A DNA stretch of 32,000 bases, taken from NCBI GenBank assembly GCA_016214955.1, contig JACRMN010000028.1, positions 43,819 to 75,818 on the forward strand. The letters run 5' to 3'. The notes beneath the pieces are model-generated. The model made no database searches. It was not told the DNA's origin and saw only the letters and a program-made list of their open reading frames with translations. The translations under genes and the position numbers were made by a program. This document shows, piece by piece, positions 15,465 to 23,587 of this stretch. Source of the stretch: Deltaproteobacteria bacterium. Its GTDB lineage: Bacteria; Myxococcota; Myxococcia; Myxococcales; Anaeromyxobacteraceae. Within the stretch, counting starts at the first letter, position 1. Every line of letters starts with the position of its first letter.

Positions 15465-16235
15465 TCAGCCGAGGCTCTCGCCCAGGAAGCGCTCGAGCCG
15501 GGACCAGTGGCGCTCCGCGGCGGCGGGCTCGTAGGCGTCGACGTTGTCGCTCACCGCGAAGCCGTGGCGGGCACCGCGGTAGAGCTCGAGGCAGTAGGGA
15601 ACGCCGGCGGCCGAGAGGGCGGTGGCCAGCGCGCCCTGGTGCTCCGGTGTGCAGGCGCGGTCGCCGTCGGCCACCCCCAGGTAGAGCGGGGCCTGGATGC
15701 GGCCGGCGAGCCGGTGCGGGCTGTCGGCGGCGTCGCTGACCAGGAAGCTGCCGTGGAAGGAGGCCGCGGCCCGCACCCTGGCCGGCTGCTGTGCCGCGGT
15801 GAGGAAGGCCATGCGCCCGCCAAGGCAGTAGCCCACCACGCCGAGGCGGTCCGGGTGCACGCCGGCCTGCGCCGCCAGGGCCTCGAGGTAGGCGGCGCCG
15901 TCCACCGCCACCCGGGCGGCGCTGATGGAGCGCACCAGGGCCATGAGCCGCTCCCGCTCGGCCGGCACGCTCCAGACGGTGGCGATGTCGAACGGGGCCA
16001 CGGGCCCCTCCCGGTAGAAGAGCTCGGGCAGCAGCACCGCGTACCCCAGGCCCGCGAGCCGGCTGGCCATCTGCTGCAGCGCGGCCCGGGGCCCGAAGGC
16101 GTCGCCGTAGAGGACGACGCCGGGCAGCGGCCCGGGCCCGCCGAGGAAGAGCAGGGCGCGGGCGGTGCCGTCCGCGGTGCGGACCCGGAGGGTGGTGGGG
16201 GCGGTGGGCATGGGCGCGAGGAGATAGGGCGCCAC
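15465..16235 (-). CDS. Dienelactone hydrolase family protein (alpha/beta hydrolase)
   Basis: It has a GTG start, the nucleophile elbow GYCLGG and a C-terminal RHGF motif, all typical of DLH. Confidence 0.9.
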   Translation of the reverse strand: MAPYLLAPMPTAPTTLRVRTADGTARALLFLGGPGPLPGVVLYGDAFGPRAALQQMASRLAGLGYAVLLPELFYREGPVAPFDIATVWSVPAERERLMALVRSISAARVAVDGAAYLEALAAQAGVHPDRLGVVGYCLGGRMAFLTAAQQPARVRAAASFHGSFLVSDAADSPHRLAGRIQAPLYLGVADGDRACTPEHQGALATALSAAGVPYCLELYRGARHGFAVSDNVDAYEPAAAERHWSRLERFLGESLG

Positions 16236-16308
16236 CCGGCGGCTGGCAATGCCCGCTTGGGCGCCCCTTCACCCTGCGGAACGCTCGGTGGCGTCGCAGC
16301 GAAGGCGG

Positions 16309-16509
16309 CTACGCGGGCAGCAGGGCCAGCCTGTGGCCGTTGGGCAGGAGGCCCGCGGGGATGGGCCTTCCGCTCTCGACCAGCTTGAAGCGCTCGCACG
16401 CCGGGAAGTCCCGCTCGTCGTCGCAGCACTTGCGCCGCCACACCAGGAGCGCCACCCGGTTGGAGATGGCGGCGGACAGGTCGCAGGAGCCAGCGTGCGG
16501 GCAGGCCAT
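16309..16509 (-). CDS. Small Cys-rich hypothetical protein (66 aa)
   Basis: Sequence: MACPHAGSCDLSAAISNRVALLVWRRKCCDDERDFPACERFKLVESGRPIPAGLLPNGHRLALLPA. Only 2 of 66 codons lack G/C at position 3. GGGAGA lies 8 nt upstream of the ATG. Confidence 0.55.
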   Translation of the reverse strand: MACPHAGSCDLSAAISNRVALLVWRRKCCDDERDFPACERFKLVESGRPIPAGLLPNGHRLALLPA

Positions 16510-16712
16510 GGCGCAACTCTCCCAGGCAGGGGCCGGTCGGGAACGTGCTGTGGGTTTCGCCCTGCAAGGTGCCGCAGTCGGCGCCCGCGCGGCAGACCAT
16601 GTTCCATGTCCGCGAGGCCTGGGATGCGGGAGCAGCCGCCACCGCGCCTGCCGGGAGCGGGTGGGCATGCTGCTGCCGCGCCCGGGCCGCAAGGCCAGGG
16701 ACGAGACGGCGC

Positions 16713-18422
16713 TCAAGGAGGGGTGAGGCCCTCGGTCAGCCGCGTGAGCTGGGTCACCAGCGCCTCGGGGTCGTAGGGCTTCTCCAGCACCGGGGCGCTG
16801 GTCCGCTCCGCGAAGGCGGTGGCCTCTGGCCCGAAGGCGCCGCCGGTGAGGAAGACGAAGCGGGAGGCCAGGCCGGGCCAGCGGGCGGCCACCCGCTCCT
16901 GGAGCGCCGAGCCCGACATCTGCGGCATCATCAGGTCGCAGACCACCGCGTCGTAGGCCTCGCCGCGCCGGAGGAGATCCAGGGCCTCGTCCCCCGAGAG
17001 GCAGACCGTCACCGCGAAGGTCTCGGCCAGGCAGCGCGCGGTGGAGCGGGCCATCTGCGGCTGGTCGTCCACCACCAGGACGCGCCGGGCGCCGGGCCGG
17101 AGCACCGGGGCCGGCCCGGGTGGCACCGCATCGCCCCTGGGCGGAGGGGAGTCGCTCGCCGCCGCCGGCGGGAGGAGCACGCGGAAGGTGCTGCCCGCGC
17201 CCGGCAGGCTCACCACCTCGATCCGGCCGCCGGCCGCCGACACGATGCCGTGCGACAGGGTGAGCCCGAGCCCGGTGCCGAGCCCGAAGGGCTTGGTGGT
17301 GTAGAAGGGCTCGAAGATGTGCTCCACCACCTCCGGCGCCATCCCCACGCCGCTGTCGCTCACCTCCACCACCGCCCAGCCGGAGCCGTCGGTGTGGGCC
17401 GAGACGGTGACGGTGTGGTCGTCGGCCCGGGCCTCGGGGCAGGCGTGGGCGGCGTTGACGAGCAGGTTGAGGAACACCTGCCCGAGCTCGCGGGGCCGCG
17501 CCAGCACCGCGGGCAGCGGGTCCAGGCGGGTGACGACGCGGGCCCGGTGGCGCAGCTCGTTGCCGGCCAGGCGCAGCGCCGCCGCCAGCTCCGCGCCCAC
17601 GTCCACCGGGGCCAGCCCGTCGGAGCGCGGGGTCGAGAAGGTGCGCAGCGAGCGGACCACCTCGCGGATGCGCTCCAGGCCGTCGCAGGCGTCCCGGGCC
17701 ACCTCCCGCAGCGGGGAGAGGTCGGGGCCGGGCGCCTCCAGCTCGCGCTGCAGGAAGTGCATCCCCTCCAGCAGGTAGGCGAGCGGGTTGTTGATCTCGT
17801 GGGCCACGCCGGCGGCGAGGAGCGCCACCGCCTCGAGCCGCTGGGCCACGCGCAGCCGGTCCTCCAGCCGACGCATGTCGCCCACGTCCACCAGCACCAG
17901 CCGGCAGGAGCCGGCCGGCCGCGCCCCGGCGGAGATGGCCAGCGCCTCGAGGAGCACCGGCGTCGCGGCGCCGCCGGGCCCGCCCAGCCTGGCCTCGAGC
18001 GACCGGGTGGCGCCGCCGGCCCGCACCTCCTCCAGGAAGGCCGCGAAGGGCCCCCGCGAGGCGGGCTGGAGGAACGAGGCGATCGCGGCGCCGACGAGCT
18101 GGGCGCGCGGGAGGCCGAGGAGGCCGGCCGCTGCCAGGTTGACCTCCTCGATGAGCCCGCGGCCGTCGAGGGTGAGGTAGCCGACCGGCGCGTGGTCGTA
18201 GAGGTCTGCGTAGCGGACCAGGCTGGCCTCGAGCTCCTCGCGGGTGCGGCGCAGCTCCTCGTTCTGCAGCTCCAGCTCCACCTGGTGGACCCGCAGCTCG
18301 TGGACCAGCCGCAGGGAGCCCTCGAGGTCGACGGGGACGGTGGCGGCCGCGGCGCCCGATTGCACCCGCGCCTCGGCTGCACGCCGCAGCCGCTCCGGCT
18401 CTCCGGGCACCCGCCCGGTCAC
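16713..18422 (-). CDS. PAS-domain hybrid sensor histidine kinase with C-terminal receiver
   Basis: The GTG at 18422 overlaps the upstream stop (GTGA). Elements in order: coiled coil HQVELELQNEELRRTREELE, a PAS domain, H-box VAHEINNPL, N/G boxes NLLVNAAHA and DSGVGM...GLGLGLTLS, then REC (VLVVDD...VVCDLMMP...EKP). The remainder of track ORF 16713..19883 is a frame run-on. Confidence 0.9.
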   Translation of the reverse strand: MTGRVPGEPERLRRAAEARVQSGAAAATVPVDLEGSLRLVHELRVHQVELELQNEELRRTREELEASLVRYADLYDHAPVGYLTLDGRGLIEEVNLAAAGLLGLPRAQLVGAAIASFLQPASRGPFAAFLEEVRAGGATRSLEARLGGPGGAATPVLLEALAISAGARPAGSCRLVLVDVGDMRRLEDRLRVAQRLEAVALLAAGVAHEINNPLAYLLEGMHFLQRELEAPGPDLSPLREVARDACDGLERIREVVRSLRTFSTPRSDGLAPVDVGAELAAALRLAGNELRHRARVVTRLDPLPAVLARPRELGQVFLNLLVNAAHACPEARADDHTVTVSAHTDGSGWAVVEVSDSGVGMAPEVVEHIFEPFYTTKPFGLGTGLGLTLSHGIVSAAGGRIEVVSLPGAGSTFRVLLPPAAASDSPPPRGDAVPPGPAPVLRPGARRVLVVDDQPQMARSTARCLAETFAVTVCLSGDEALDLLRRGEAYDAVVCDLMMPQMSGSALQERVAARWPGLASRFVFLTGGAFGPEATAFAERTSAPVLEKPYDPEALVTQLTRLTEGLTPP

Positions 18423-21202
18423 GACGGCTCCCCCTCGTCGGGCTCGGGACCGATGGTGAACCTCCAGGAGGACAGGTCCAGGTCCTCCGCGGACGAGATC
18501 CGCTCCGGGACCGTCTCGGCCGGCACCTGCCGGCCGGCGCCGTCCACGATGCGCACCGAGGCGGGCAGCTTCCCGAGGAGCGCGGCCAGCCTGTCCCGGC
18601 TGCGCCGCAGCGCGGCCTCCAGCGTCTTGGCCTCGGTGACGTCGACCATGGTGATGACCACGCCGTCGATGACGTTCTCCAGGGTGCGGTAGGGCAGCAC
18701 GCGCACCGTGAACCAGCGGCCGTCGGCGGTGGCCAGCTGCCGCGCCCGGAACACCAGCGTCTGCAGCACCTCTTCCACGTCGGCAGCCAGGTCGGCGTAG
18801 AGCAGTTCGGAGGAGAGGTCGGTGATGGGCCGGCCGACGTCGCCGGGGAGGAGCTTGACGAGGCGGGTGGCCTGGGCGGTGAAGCGCCGGATCCGCAGGT
18901 CGCGGTCGAGGAAGACCGTGGCGATGTCGGTGGCGTTGAGCAGGTTCTTCATGTCGCTGTTGGCGCGCGACAGCTCGTCGAGCTTGGCCTGCAGCTCCGC
19001 GTTGACGGTCTGCAGCTCCTCGTTCATCGACTGCAGCTCCTCCTTGGAAGTGGTCAGCTCCTCGTTGGTGGACTGCAGCTCCTCGTTGGTGGACTGCAGC
19101 TCCTCGTTTGCCGAGCGGAGCTCCTCGTGGGAGGCCCGCATCTCCTCGCGGTTGGTCTGCAGCTCCTCGGCGGCCCGCCGCAGATCCTTCTCCAGCTCCG
19201 CCAGCCGGCGCCGCTCGGCGCGGGGCCCCGGGGGGCGGGGTCCGGGGCGGCCGGCCTGCGGCTCGCTCACCTCGGAGAAGGCCACCAGCAGCATGCCGCG
19301 GAGCGCCTCGGGCTCGTCGAGCGGGTGCACCGCCAGGCTCACGGTGCGGCCCGGCTCGTGGCCCCCGGGGCGCAGGCCGGTGACCACCACCGGCTTCCTG
19401 CGCCGCAGCGCGCTGTGCACCGCGCCCGAGAGATCCTGGCGCAGCCCCTCGCGCACCATGGCGAAGACGTTCCAGTCGGCCTTGCCGGCGGTGGGCTCCA
19501 GGTAGGGACCGGTGCGGCCGCTGAAGTACAGCACGTCGCCCGCAGGGTTGATGAGCACCGCCGGCGGGCCGAGGTGGCGCAGCAGGGCCTGCTCCGCCAG
19601 CGCCGTCAGCGTCTCCGGCGGCCGGCCGGCCGGGCCCGGGCTCGCGGTGCCGCGGGCCGCCAGGTAGGCGGGCGGGAAGTCGAGCGGATCGAGGCGGGTC
19701 GCAGAGGCCTTGCGCTTGTAGATGCGCTGGCGGGCGTCGACGGTGGAGAACAGGTCGGTCCTGGCGCCGATGGTCTCCGAGTTGCCGAGCACCAGGTAGC
19801 CGCCCGGGACCAGGCTGTGGTGGAAGAGCGGCAGGAGCCGGCGCTGGAGCTCCGCCTCCAGGTAGATGAGCACGTTCCGGCACAGCAGCAGGTCGATCTT
19901 GGTGAAGGGCGGGTCGCGGATGATGTCCTGGGGCGCCAGGATCACCATGTCCCGGATCTCCTTGGCCACCCGGAAGCGGCCGTCATCCTCCTGGACGAAG
20001 AAGCGGCGGATCAGGTCCGGCGAGACGTCGGCCTGGATGTGGGCCCCGAACAGCCCCTGGCGCGCCTGGGCGACGGCCGCCTCGCTGAGGTCGGTGGCGA
20101 AGACCTGGAGGGAGAAGGCCGCCCTGGGCCGGACCCGCTCCAGCGCCTCCTTGAAGGCGATGGCCAGCGAGTAGGGCTCCTCGCCGGTGGAGCAGCCCAC
20201 CGACCAGGCCCTGAGCTGGGCGCCGGCGGGCTGGCGCGCCAGCAGCTCGGGGATGACCCGATCGCGGATCGAGGCCCAGGTGGCAGGGTCGCGGAAGAAG
20301 CTGGTGACCCCGATGAGGAACTCGTCGAAGAGGAGCCGCTGCTCCTGCGGGTTGTCCTGGAGGAGCCTCAGGTAAGCGCCGGCGCCGGGGACCTGGTGCA
20401 GCGCCATGCGCCGCTCGACGCGGCGCCGCAGGGTGCTCTTCTTGTACTGGGAGAAGTCGTGGCCGGTGCGCGTCCGCAGCAGGGCCGCGATGCGCTCCAG
20501 GGTCGACAGGCCGACGCGGCCGCCGGACTCGGCGGGCGCCGCCTTGGGCCGGGCCCGCAGGAAGGAGACCAGTCGGGCCGGCAGCGCCCCGGCCGGCGCA
20601 ACCACGTCGGCGATGCCGGCCTCGATGGCGCTGCGGGGCATGGCGTCGAAGGCGGCGCTGGACGGCTCCTGCACCATGGCCAGGCCGCCCGCCTCCTGGA
20701 TGGCCTGCAGTCCCTGGGTGCCGTCGCTCCCCATCCCGGAGAGCACCACCCCCACGCAGCCCGCCCCCTGGTCGGCGGCCAGCGAGCGGAAGAAGAGGTC
20801 GATGGGCAGCCGGAGCCCGCGGGGCTCGGTGGGATCCCGCAGGCGGAGGCGGCCGCCGGCGATGGTGAGGTCCTGGCTGGGCGGGATCACGTAGACGTGG
20901 TCGGCCTCGACGCGGACCCGGTCGCGGGCCTGGGCCACCACCATCCCGGTGCCGCGCTGGAGCAGCTCGGGCAGCAGGCCGGGGCGGTTCGGATCCAGGT
21001 GCTGGACCACCACGAAGGCGAGGCCGCTCCCCTGCGGGACGCCGCCCAGGAAGGCCTCGAGCGCCTCGAGCCCTCCCGCCGAGGCGCCCAGGCCCACGAT
21101 CACCGGCCTGGGCGCACGGGGGGTGGGCTTCCGCCGGGCAGGCGCGCGCGCGGCGCGGCGCCGAGGTGGAGAGAGGCCAGGCTTGCCCTTCGTGCGCGGC
21201 AT
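18419..21202 (-). CDS. CheB methylesterase - CheR methyltransferase fusion protein with coiled-coil and PAS domains (no receiver domain)
   Basis: CheB motifs are IVGLGASAGGLEAL, VVVQHL and LSGMGSDGT. CheR motifs are the SAM site RAWSVGCSTGEEPYSLA and LLCRNVLIYL. A heptad coiled coil (EELRSANEELQSTNEELQSTNEELTTSKEELQSMNEELQTVNAEL) and a C-terminal PAS domain follow. I prefer the ATG at 21202 over the track's TTG at 21259. Confidence 0.9.
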   Translation of the reverse strand: MPRTKGKPGLSPPRRRAARAPARRKPTPRAPRPVIVGLGASAGGLEALEAFLGGVPQGSGLAFVVVQHLDPNRPGLLPELLQRGTGMVVAQARDRVRVEADHVYVIPPSQDLTIAGGRLRLRDPTEPRGLRLPIDLFFRSLAADQGAGCVGVVLSGMGSDGTQGLQAIQEAGGLAMVQEPSSAAFDAMPRSAIEAGIADVVAPAGALPARLVSFLRARPKAAPAESGGRVGLSTLERIAALLRTRTGHDFSQYKKSTLRRRVERRMALHQVPGAGAYLRLLQDNPQEQRLLFDEFLIGVTSFFRDPATWASIRDRVIPELLARQPAGAQLRAWSVGCSTGEEPYSLAIAFKEALERVRPRAAFSLQVFATDLSEAAVAQARQGLFGAHIQADVSPDLIRRFFVQEDDGRFRVAKEIRDMVILAPQDIIRDPPFTKIDLLLCRNVLIYLEAELQRRLLPLFHHSLVPGGYLVLGNSETIGARTDLFSTVDARQRIYKRKASATRLDPLDFPPAYLAARGTASPGPAGRPPETLTALAEQALLRHLGPPAVLINPAGDVLYFSGRTGPYLEPTAGKADWNVFAMVREGLRQDLSGAVHSALRRRKPVVVTGLRPGGHEPGRTVSLAVHPLDEPEALRGMLLVAFSEVSEPQAGRPGPRPPGPRAERRRLAELEKDLRRAAEELQTNREEMRASHEELRSANEELQSTNEELQSTNEELTTSKEELQSMNEELQTVNAELQAKLDELSRANSDMKNLLNATDIATVFLDRDLRIRRFTAQATRLVKLLPGDVGRPITDLSSELLYADLAADVEEVLQTLVFRARQLATADGRWFTVRVLPYRTLENVIDGVVITMVDVTEAKTLEAALRRSRDRLAALLGKLPASVRIVDGAGRQVPAETVPERISSAEDLDLSSWRFTIGPEPDEGEPS
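19057..19108 (-). repeat. Perfect 21-bp tandem duplication (about 2.5 copies) inside the CheB-CheR coiled coil
   Basis: The unit GCTCCTCGTTGGTGGACTGCA occurs at 19057-19077 and 19078-19098, with a 10-nt partial third copy. It encodes NEELQST-NEELQST-NEEL. Confidence 0.9.
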
Positions 21203-21351
21203 GGATCTGCCGGTGCCCCTCGCCGCCCTGCGGGCCGGCCTCGTCGAAGTCCGGGGCAATCATGCCTGCCGGGGCGAGGTGCGTCACGCGCCATTTGCTC
21301 CGGGTGAGCCGCCTGCGGAGCAGGGCCCCGGGCAGGGGTGCCGCGTTCTGC

Positions 21352-21549
21352 TCAGCGTCCGGAGGTGGGCTCGTCGGCCCCGGCCCCGGCGGCGTTCGCG
21401 GTCAAGGCCGCGCGGCAGGCCGGGCAGGTGACCTCGGCCGGCACCAGGGTCCAGTTCCAGCTGGAGCGCCAGTCCTTGCAGAGCGGCCTCGTGGTGCCTT
21501 CGCCGCGCACACCGAGGTGGGCGAGCGCGTGCCTGTCCATGATGGCCAT
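21352..21549 (-). CDS. Small hypothetical protein (65 aa) with C-terminal CPAC motif
   Basis: Sequence: MAIMDRHALAHLGVRGEGTTRPLCKDWRSSWNWTLVPAEVTCPACRAAL... GC3 is high and GGAGGA lies 7 nt upstream of the ATG. Confidence 0.55.
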   Translation of the reverse strand: MAIMDRHALAHLGVRGEGTTRPLCKDWRSSWNWTLVPAEVTCPACRAALTANAAGAGADEPTSGR

Positions 21550-21624
21550 CCGGGTCTCCTCCGGGCGCGGGCCGTGTCCGGCCGGGCCGGCGCTCGGCGG
21601 CCCGGCTGCAGCTTGGAGAGTGCG

Positions 21625-21885
21625 CTACTCCGCGGGTGCGGCCGCTGCGGGGATCGCGGCCAGCATGCGCCGGGCGTGCTCGAGGGCCTCCGACATGACC
21701 ACCGCGGCGCCGCCCGGGTACGGCGGAGCGCACACCGCGCGGCTGCCGTCGGGGAAGAAGGCCTCGCTGGTCCAGCCGGCCGAGCTGGAGCGAACCTCGA
21801 CGCGGGGCAGGGAGAAGGAGAGCGAGGCGTTGGAGCCGTCGAGGTTGACGGCCCAGCCGCCGGGGATGCGGAACCAGGGGGTCAT
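21625..21885 (-). CDS. Small hypothetical protein (86 aa)
   Basis: The sequence begins MTPWFRIPGGWAVNLDGSNASLSFSLPRVEV. The ATG overlaps the upstream stop (ATGA), GGAGGG lies 9 nt upstream, and GC3 is high. Confidence 0.55.
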   Translation of the reverse strand: MTPWFRIPGGWAVNLDGSNASLSFSLPRVEVRSSSAGWTSEAFFPDGSRAVCAPPYPGGAAVVMSEALEHARRMLAAIPAAAAPAE

Positions 21886-22133
21886 GTCGGGTCGCCCTCC
21901 GCGCCGGGCGGCACGAGCTTGCTCCAGCAGGTCCCGCAGCGCGTCGCCTCCCGCATCCCGGTCGCGCCGCAGTTCGGGCAGGTCCGCAGGGCCGGCGCCG
22001 GGCCCAGCGCCAGCACGTCCACCAGGCGCGTCCAGGAGGTGCGGAGGCGGTCGAGCGCGTCGCCTCCCGGGGCTGCGGCCAGGGCCTGCTCGACCGACTG
22101 CATCGCCTCGCGGACCATCGGTTCGTCCCTCAC
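21882..22133 (-). CDS. Small hypothetical zinc-ribbon protein (83 aa)
   Basis: The GTG at 22133 has AGGAGG 6 nt upstream. An alternative ATG lies at 22118. A helical N-terminus is followed by CPNCGATGMREATRCGTC (CxxC-x10-CxxC). Confidence 0.55.
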   Translation of the reverse strand: MRDEPMVREAMQSVEQALAAAPGGDALDRLRTSWTRLVDVLALGPAPALRTCPNCGATGMREATRCGTCWSKLVPPGAEGDPT

Positions 22134-22450
22134 GTTGCACCTCCTGCTGCCGTGCCGTGGGGCGGCGGCCGGAACCCTGGCACGCCCAGGCGCCTGCCGC
22201 GTCCGGGCCGGACTCGCGCGACCGCCGAGAGGGGAGGGGACAGCTGGATCATAGCGCGGGGCGGTGCCGGCTGCCCGCAATCCGCCGCGGCGGCGCGGCG
22301 CGCGCGCGTGCGCCCGCGGTGGTGACGGCACCGTTACCGCGAGCCCGGCCGGGCGGTATCCCCGGGGGCCGGAACGGAGTACAAGGAGAGACAAACCGCT
22401 TCCGCTCGCGCCATCCCCGACCGGTCGCCTTCACCGAAGAAAGGGCGGTC

Positions 22451-23371
22451 ATGGCCGATCTGCGCAGTGGGACGCTGGTGGAGCACACCACGCTCGGTGT
22501 GGGGAAGATCGTGGCCGTGGAGGCCAACGCCATCCACGTCTTCTTCCCCGAGGCCGACCGCCGCTTCGCCGCCAAGCTCCGGCTGCCCACCGCCCGCCCC
22601 CTCCTGCGCACCGAGGGGGTCGCGCCCGACTCCTGGCTCGAGGGGCTCTCGGCCTTCACCCTCGATCCCAAGGTGGGCCGCTACGCGATGGCGGCGAGCT
22701 GGATCACCCACGACGAGGCGCTCGACCGGTTCCACGCCGTCTACCCGAAGGCCTTCGCCGACCCGGTCTACGCGGGGCGCAAGGACGGGCGCGGCGCCCG
22801 GTGGCGCGCGGCCCACGAGCGCTGGGTCGAGGTCTTCGGAAACGCCCATGGCGAGCGGCTGGGGAGCGCGGACACCGGCGCGACGGTGAAGCGGCTCCTC
22901 GACGTGGAGAAGCGCGTCGTCCCGCTCCACCTGCCGGCCGACGTGGAGGCGGTGAAGGCCGCCCTGTCCGGGCCGGGGGCCAAGCCCTTCTGCGTCGCCC
23001 TCGCCGAGCTGCTCTCCATGCCCTCGCCGGGCCGCGCCCGGTTCGACAGGCTCTTCGCCGCGGCGCGCTGCCTCCCCGTCGCGCCGGAGCAGCAGTGGCT
23101 GGTCGCCACCCTCTTCCCCTTCGTCGCCGCGCCGGCGCGCCACGTGCTGCTGCGCCCCCGCGAGAGCTGCGAGGCCGCGCTCCGCCTCGGGTTCGCCCTG
23201 GGCGACGCTTCCGCGCCCGCCTGGCCGGCCTACGCCGCGCTGCGCGCCACGTCGGCGCGCCTCCTCGAGCGCCTCGCGCCCCTCGGCGCGAGGGACTTCG
23301 TCGACGTCGAGGCCTTCCTCCACGTCACCGCCACCACCGCCAAGCGCCGCACGGCGCGGAGCCGATCGTGA
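22451..23371 (+). CDS. Hypothetical protein (306 aa) with N-terminal Tudor/DUF3553-like small beta-barrel motif
   Basis: The ATG at 22451 lies inside the 677-aa track ORF and GC3 is high from there on. The N-terminus GTLVEHTTLGVGKIVAVEANAIHVFF resembles the GxxVxHxxFGxGxV motif of UvrD/PcrA C-terminal Tudor and DUF3553 domains. I do not recognise the remaining 250 aa. Confidence 0.75.
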   Translation: MADLRSGTLVEHTTLGVGKIVAVEANAIHVFFPEADRRFAAKLRLPTARPLLRTEGVAPDSWLEGLSAFTLDPKVGRYAMAASWITHDEALDRFHAVYPKAFADPVYAGRKDGRGARWRAAHERWVEVFGNAHGERLGSADTGATVKRLLDVEKRVVPLHLPADVEAVKAALSGPGAKPFCVALAELLSMPSPGRARFDRLFAAARCLPVAPEQQWLVATLFPFVAAPARHVLLRPRESCEAALRLGFALGDASAPAWPAYAALRATSARLLERLAPLGARDFVDVEAFLHVTATTAKRRTARSRS

Positions 23372-23571
23372 ACGACAACTACAAGGAGCTGAAGGGCCGC
23401 CTGCGGAAGCTGGACGCGCAGCTCGCCGAGGGCGGGAGCGGAGACATCCCCTTCGCCCAGGCGGTGAGCGCCCTGCACCGCGTGGTGAAGCACGGCGACC
23501 GGAGCCGCGACCCGTCGCCGGAGATGCGGGCGCTGCTGGAGCGGGCGGAGGCACTCTCCCCGAAGGCCTAG
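23368..23571 (+). CDS. Small hypothetical helical protein (67 aa)
   Basis: The GTG at 23368 overlaps the upstream stop (GTGA) and GGAG lies 6 nt upstream. Sequence: VNDNYKELKGRLRKLDAQLAEGG...MRALLERAEALSPKA. Confidence 0.6.
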   Translation: MNDNYKELKGRLRKLDAQLAEGGSGDIPFAQAVSALHRVVKHGDRSRDPSPEMRALLERAEALSPKA

Positions 23572-23587
23572 CAGGAAGCGGCCTCGC

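Noticed and set aside
12628-16272. 1214-aa minus-strand ORF spanning polB and neighbouring genes
   Set aside because: It is antisense to an unambiguous family-B polymerase carrying all Exo and Pol motifs. Its translation is Arg/Gly/Pro-rich nonsense, so it is a shadow ORF.
21203-21263. High-GC3 alternate frame (MIAPDFDEAGPQGGEGHRQI...) just upstream of the CheB-CheR start, suggesting a leader peptide or frameshift
   Set aside because: The frame has no stop for about 1.3 kb and becomes nonsense. Short GC3-rich runs appear by chance in several spacers of this window, so it was not treated as coding.
22178-22197. TGGCACGCCC motif (identical to the urtA -24 element) in the 22.1-22.45 kb spacer
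   Set aside because: No GC or TTGC element sits at the required N10 spacing (GC is one position off). It is also about 270 nt from the nearest plus-strand start. It is therefore not called as a sigma-54 promoter.
22298-22313. Alternating GC tract as a Z-DNA-forming regulatory element
   Set aside because: It is only 16 nt long and expected fairly often at this GC content. It is mentioned under the spacer finding but not called as a feature.
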